Part shown: positions 63,555 to 64,000 of the stretch, one piece after another
How positions within the stretch are numbered: position 1 is the first letter of the stretch
Layout: every line of letters starts with the position of its first letter
From: Narcine bancroftii
Lineage: Eukaryota
NCBI RefSeq assembly: GCF_036971445.1
Contig: NC_091471.1
Location: 368,652,001 to 368,716,000 of the forward strand
Direction of reading: 5' to 3'
Length of the DNA stretch: 64,000 nucleotides
The notes under the pieces: model-generated
Database searches by the model: none
Told to the model about the DNA's origin: nothing
What the model saw: the letters and a program-made list of their open reading frames with translations, nothing else
Translations under genes and position numbers: made by a program

Positions 63555-64000
63555 GGTCATTTTCTTTCTTTTAAAATTATTTTTATTGAGTTTTTAATCA
63601 GAAAAACAAACAATGAAACCTTTGCAGATTTACAAATAATAACATATGGTCCAGTAGCAATATGACTCCATTCTAAATCCAATAAATGGTAATATATACA
63701 ATATTGTAAGATGAGAAAGAAAGAATGAAAAGAAAAAAATTCAAACCCACTGCGATCCAAGGTTAAAATTCATATTGTCGTGTTAATTTCAAACAAGCAT
63801 CCTCAGGGGATCCAAACAAGCCCAATGATATTCATCATCGCACCTGATTAGTCAAATGATAACTGCTATAACTGGTCTTTACATACACACATATCATTAT
63901 AAAAAGCAAATAGTGCAGTTACCGAACATGGATCTAAAGGATCCTAAATCTGGTTGAAAAAGATCTGAAAATGTTGGTCCAAAATTTTTGCAAATTAGGG
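63555..64000 (-). mobile_element. Probable L1/Tx1 3' end
   Basis: T-rich tail complement (tttttattga) followed by an A-rich UTR complement, like 47806 onward. Confidence 0.5.

Larger units (their letters stand above)
10574..64000 (+). other. STX8: Very long STX8 intron (after the exon 6 equivalent), continuing beyond the window
   Basis: Strong GTAAGT donor at 10574. No downstream EIIDDL-like exon recognised by eye. The human intron at this position is also very long (recalled). Confidence 0.75.

Noticed and set aside
1-64000. A novel multi-gene or prokaryote-style system (operon, CRISPR, defence island)
   Set aside because: The window is spliced-gene intron DNA. Nearly all listed ORFs are TE fragments, their antisense shadows or short chance frames.

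Overview
This is AT-rich vertebrate genomic DNA. The repeat set (CR1, Rex1/Babar, Penelope, L1/Tx1, V-domain tRNA-SINEs, a young RTE family) suggests a cartilaginous fish, which is an inference. The only host-gene sequence I can support is three internal coding exons of syntaxin-8 (STX8, Qc-SNARE) on the + strand: 1575-1685, 7707-7831 and 10481-10573. Their lengths (111/125/93 nt), AG/GT boundaries and phases match human exons 4-6 as I recall them. I found no next exon, so 10574-64000 appears to lie in one intron of more than 53 kb. The rest is transposon debris, often nested, plus TE-poor stretches with possible enhancer motifs. I found no convincing new multi-gene system. The best leads are a Chapaev3-like transposase remnant, a young RTE family with a repeated 5' junction, a duplicated STX8 splice donor split by a hAT insertion, a 365-bp local duplication, a perfect 26-bp palindrome and Pbx-Hox/Meis motif clusters. 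Boundaries of old repeats are approximate, and family names come from recognition by eye, not database searches.
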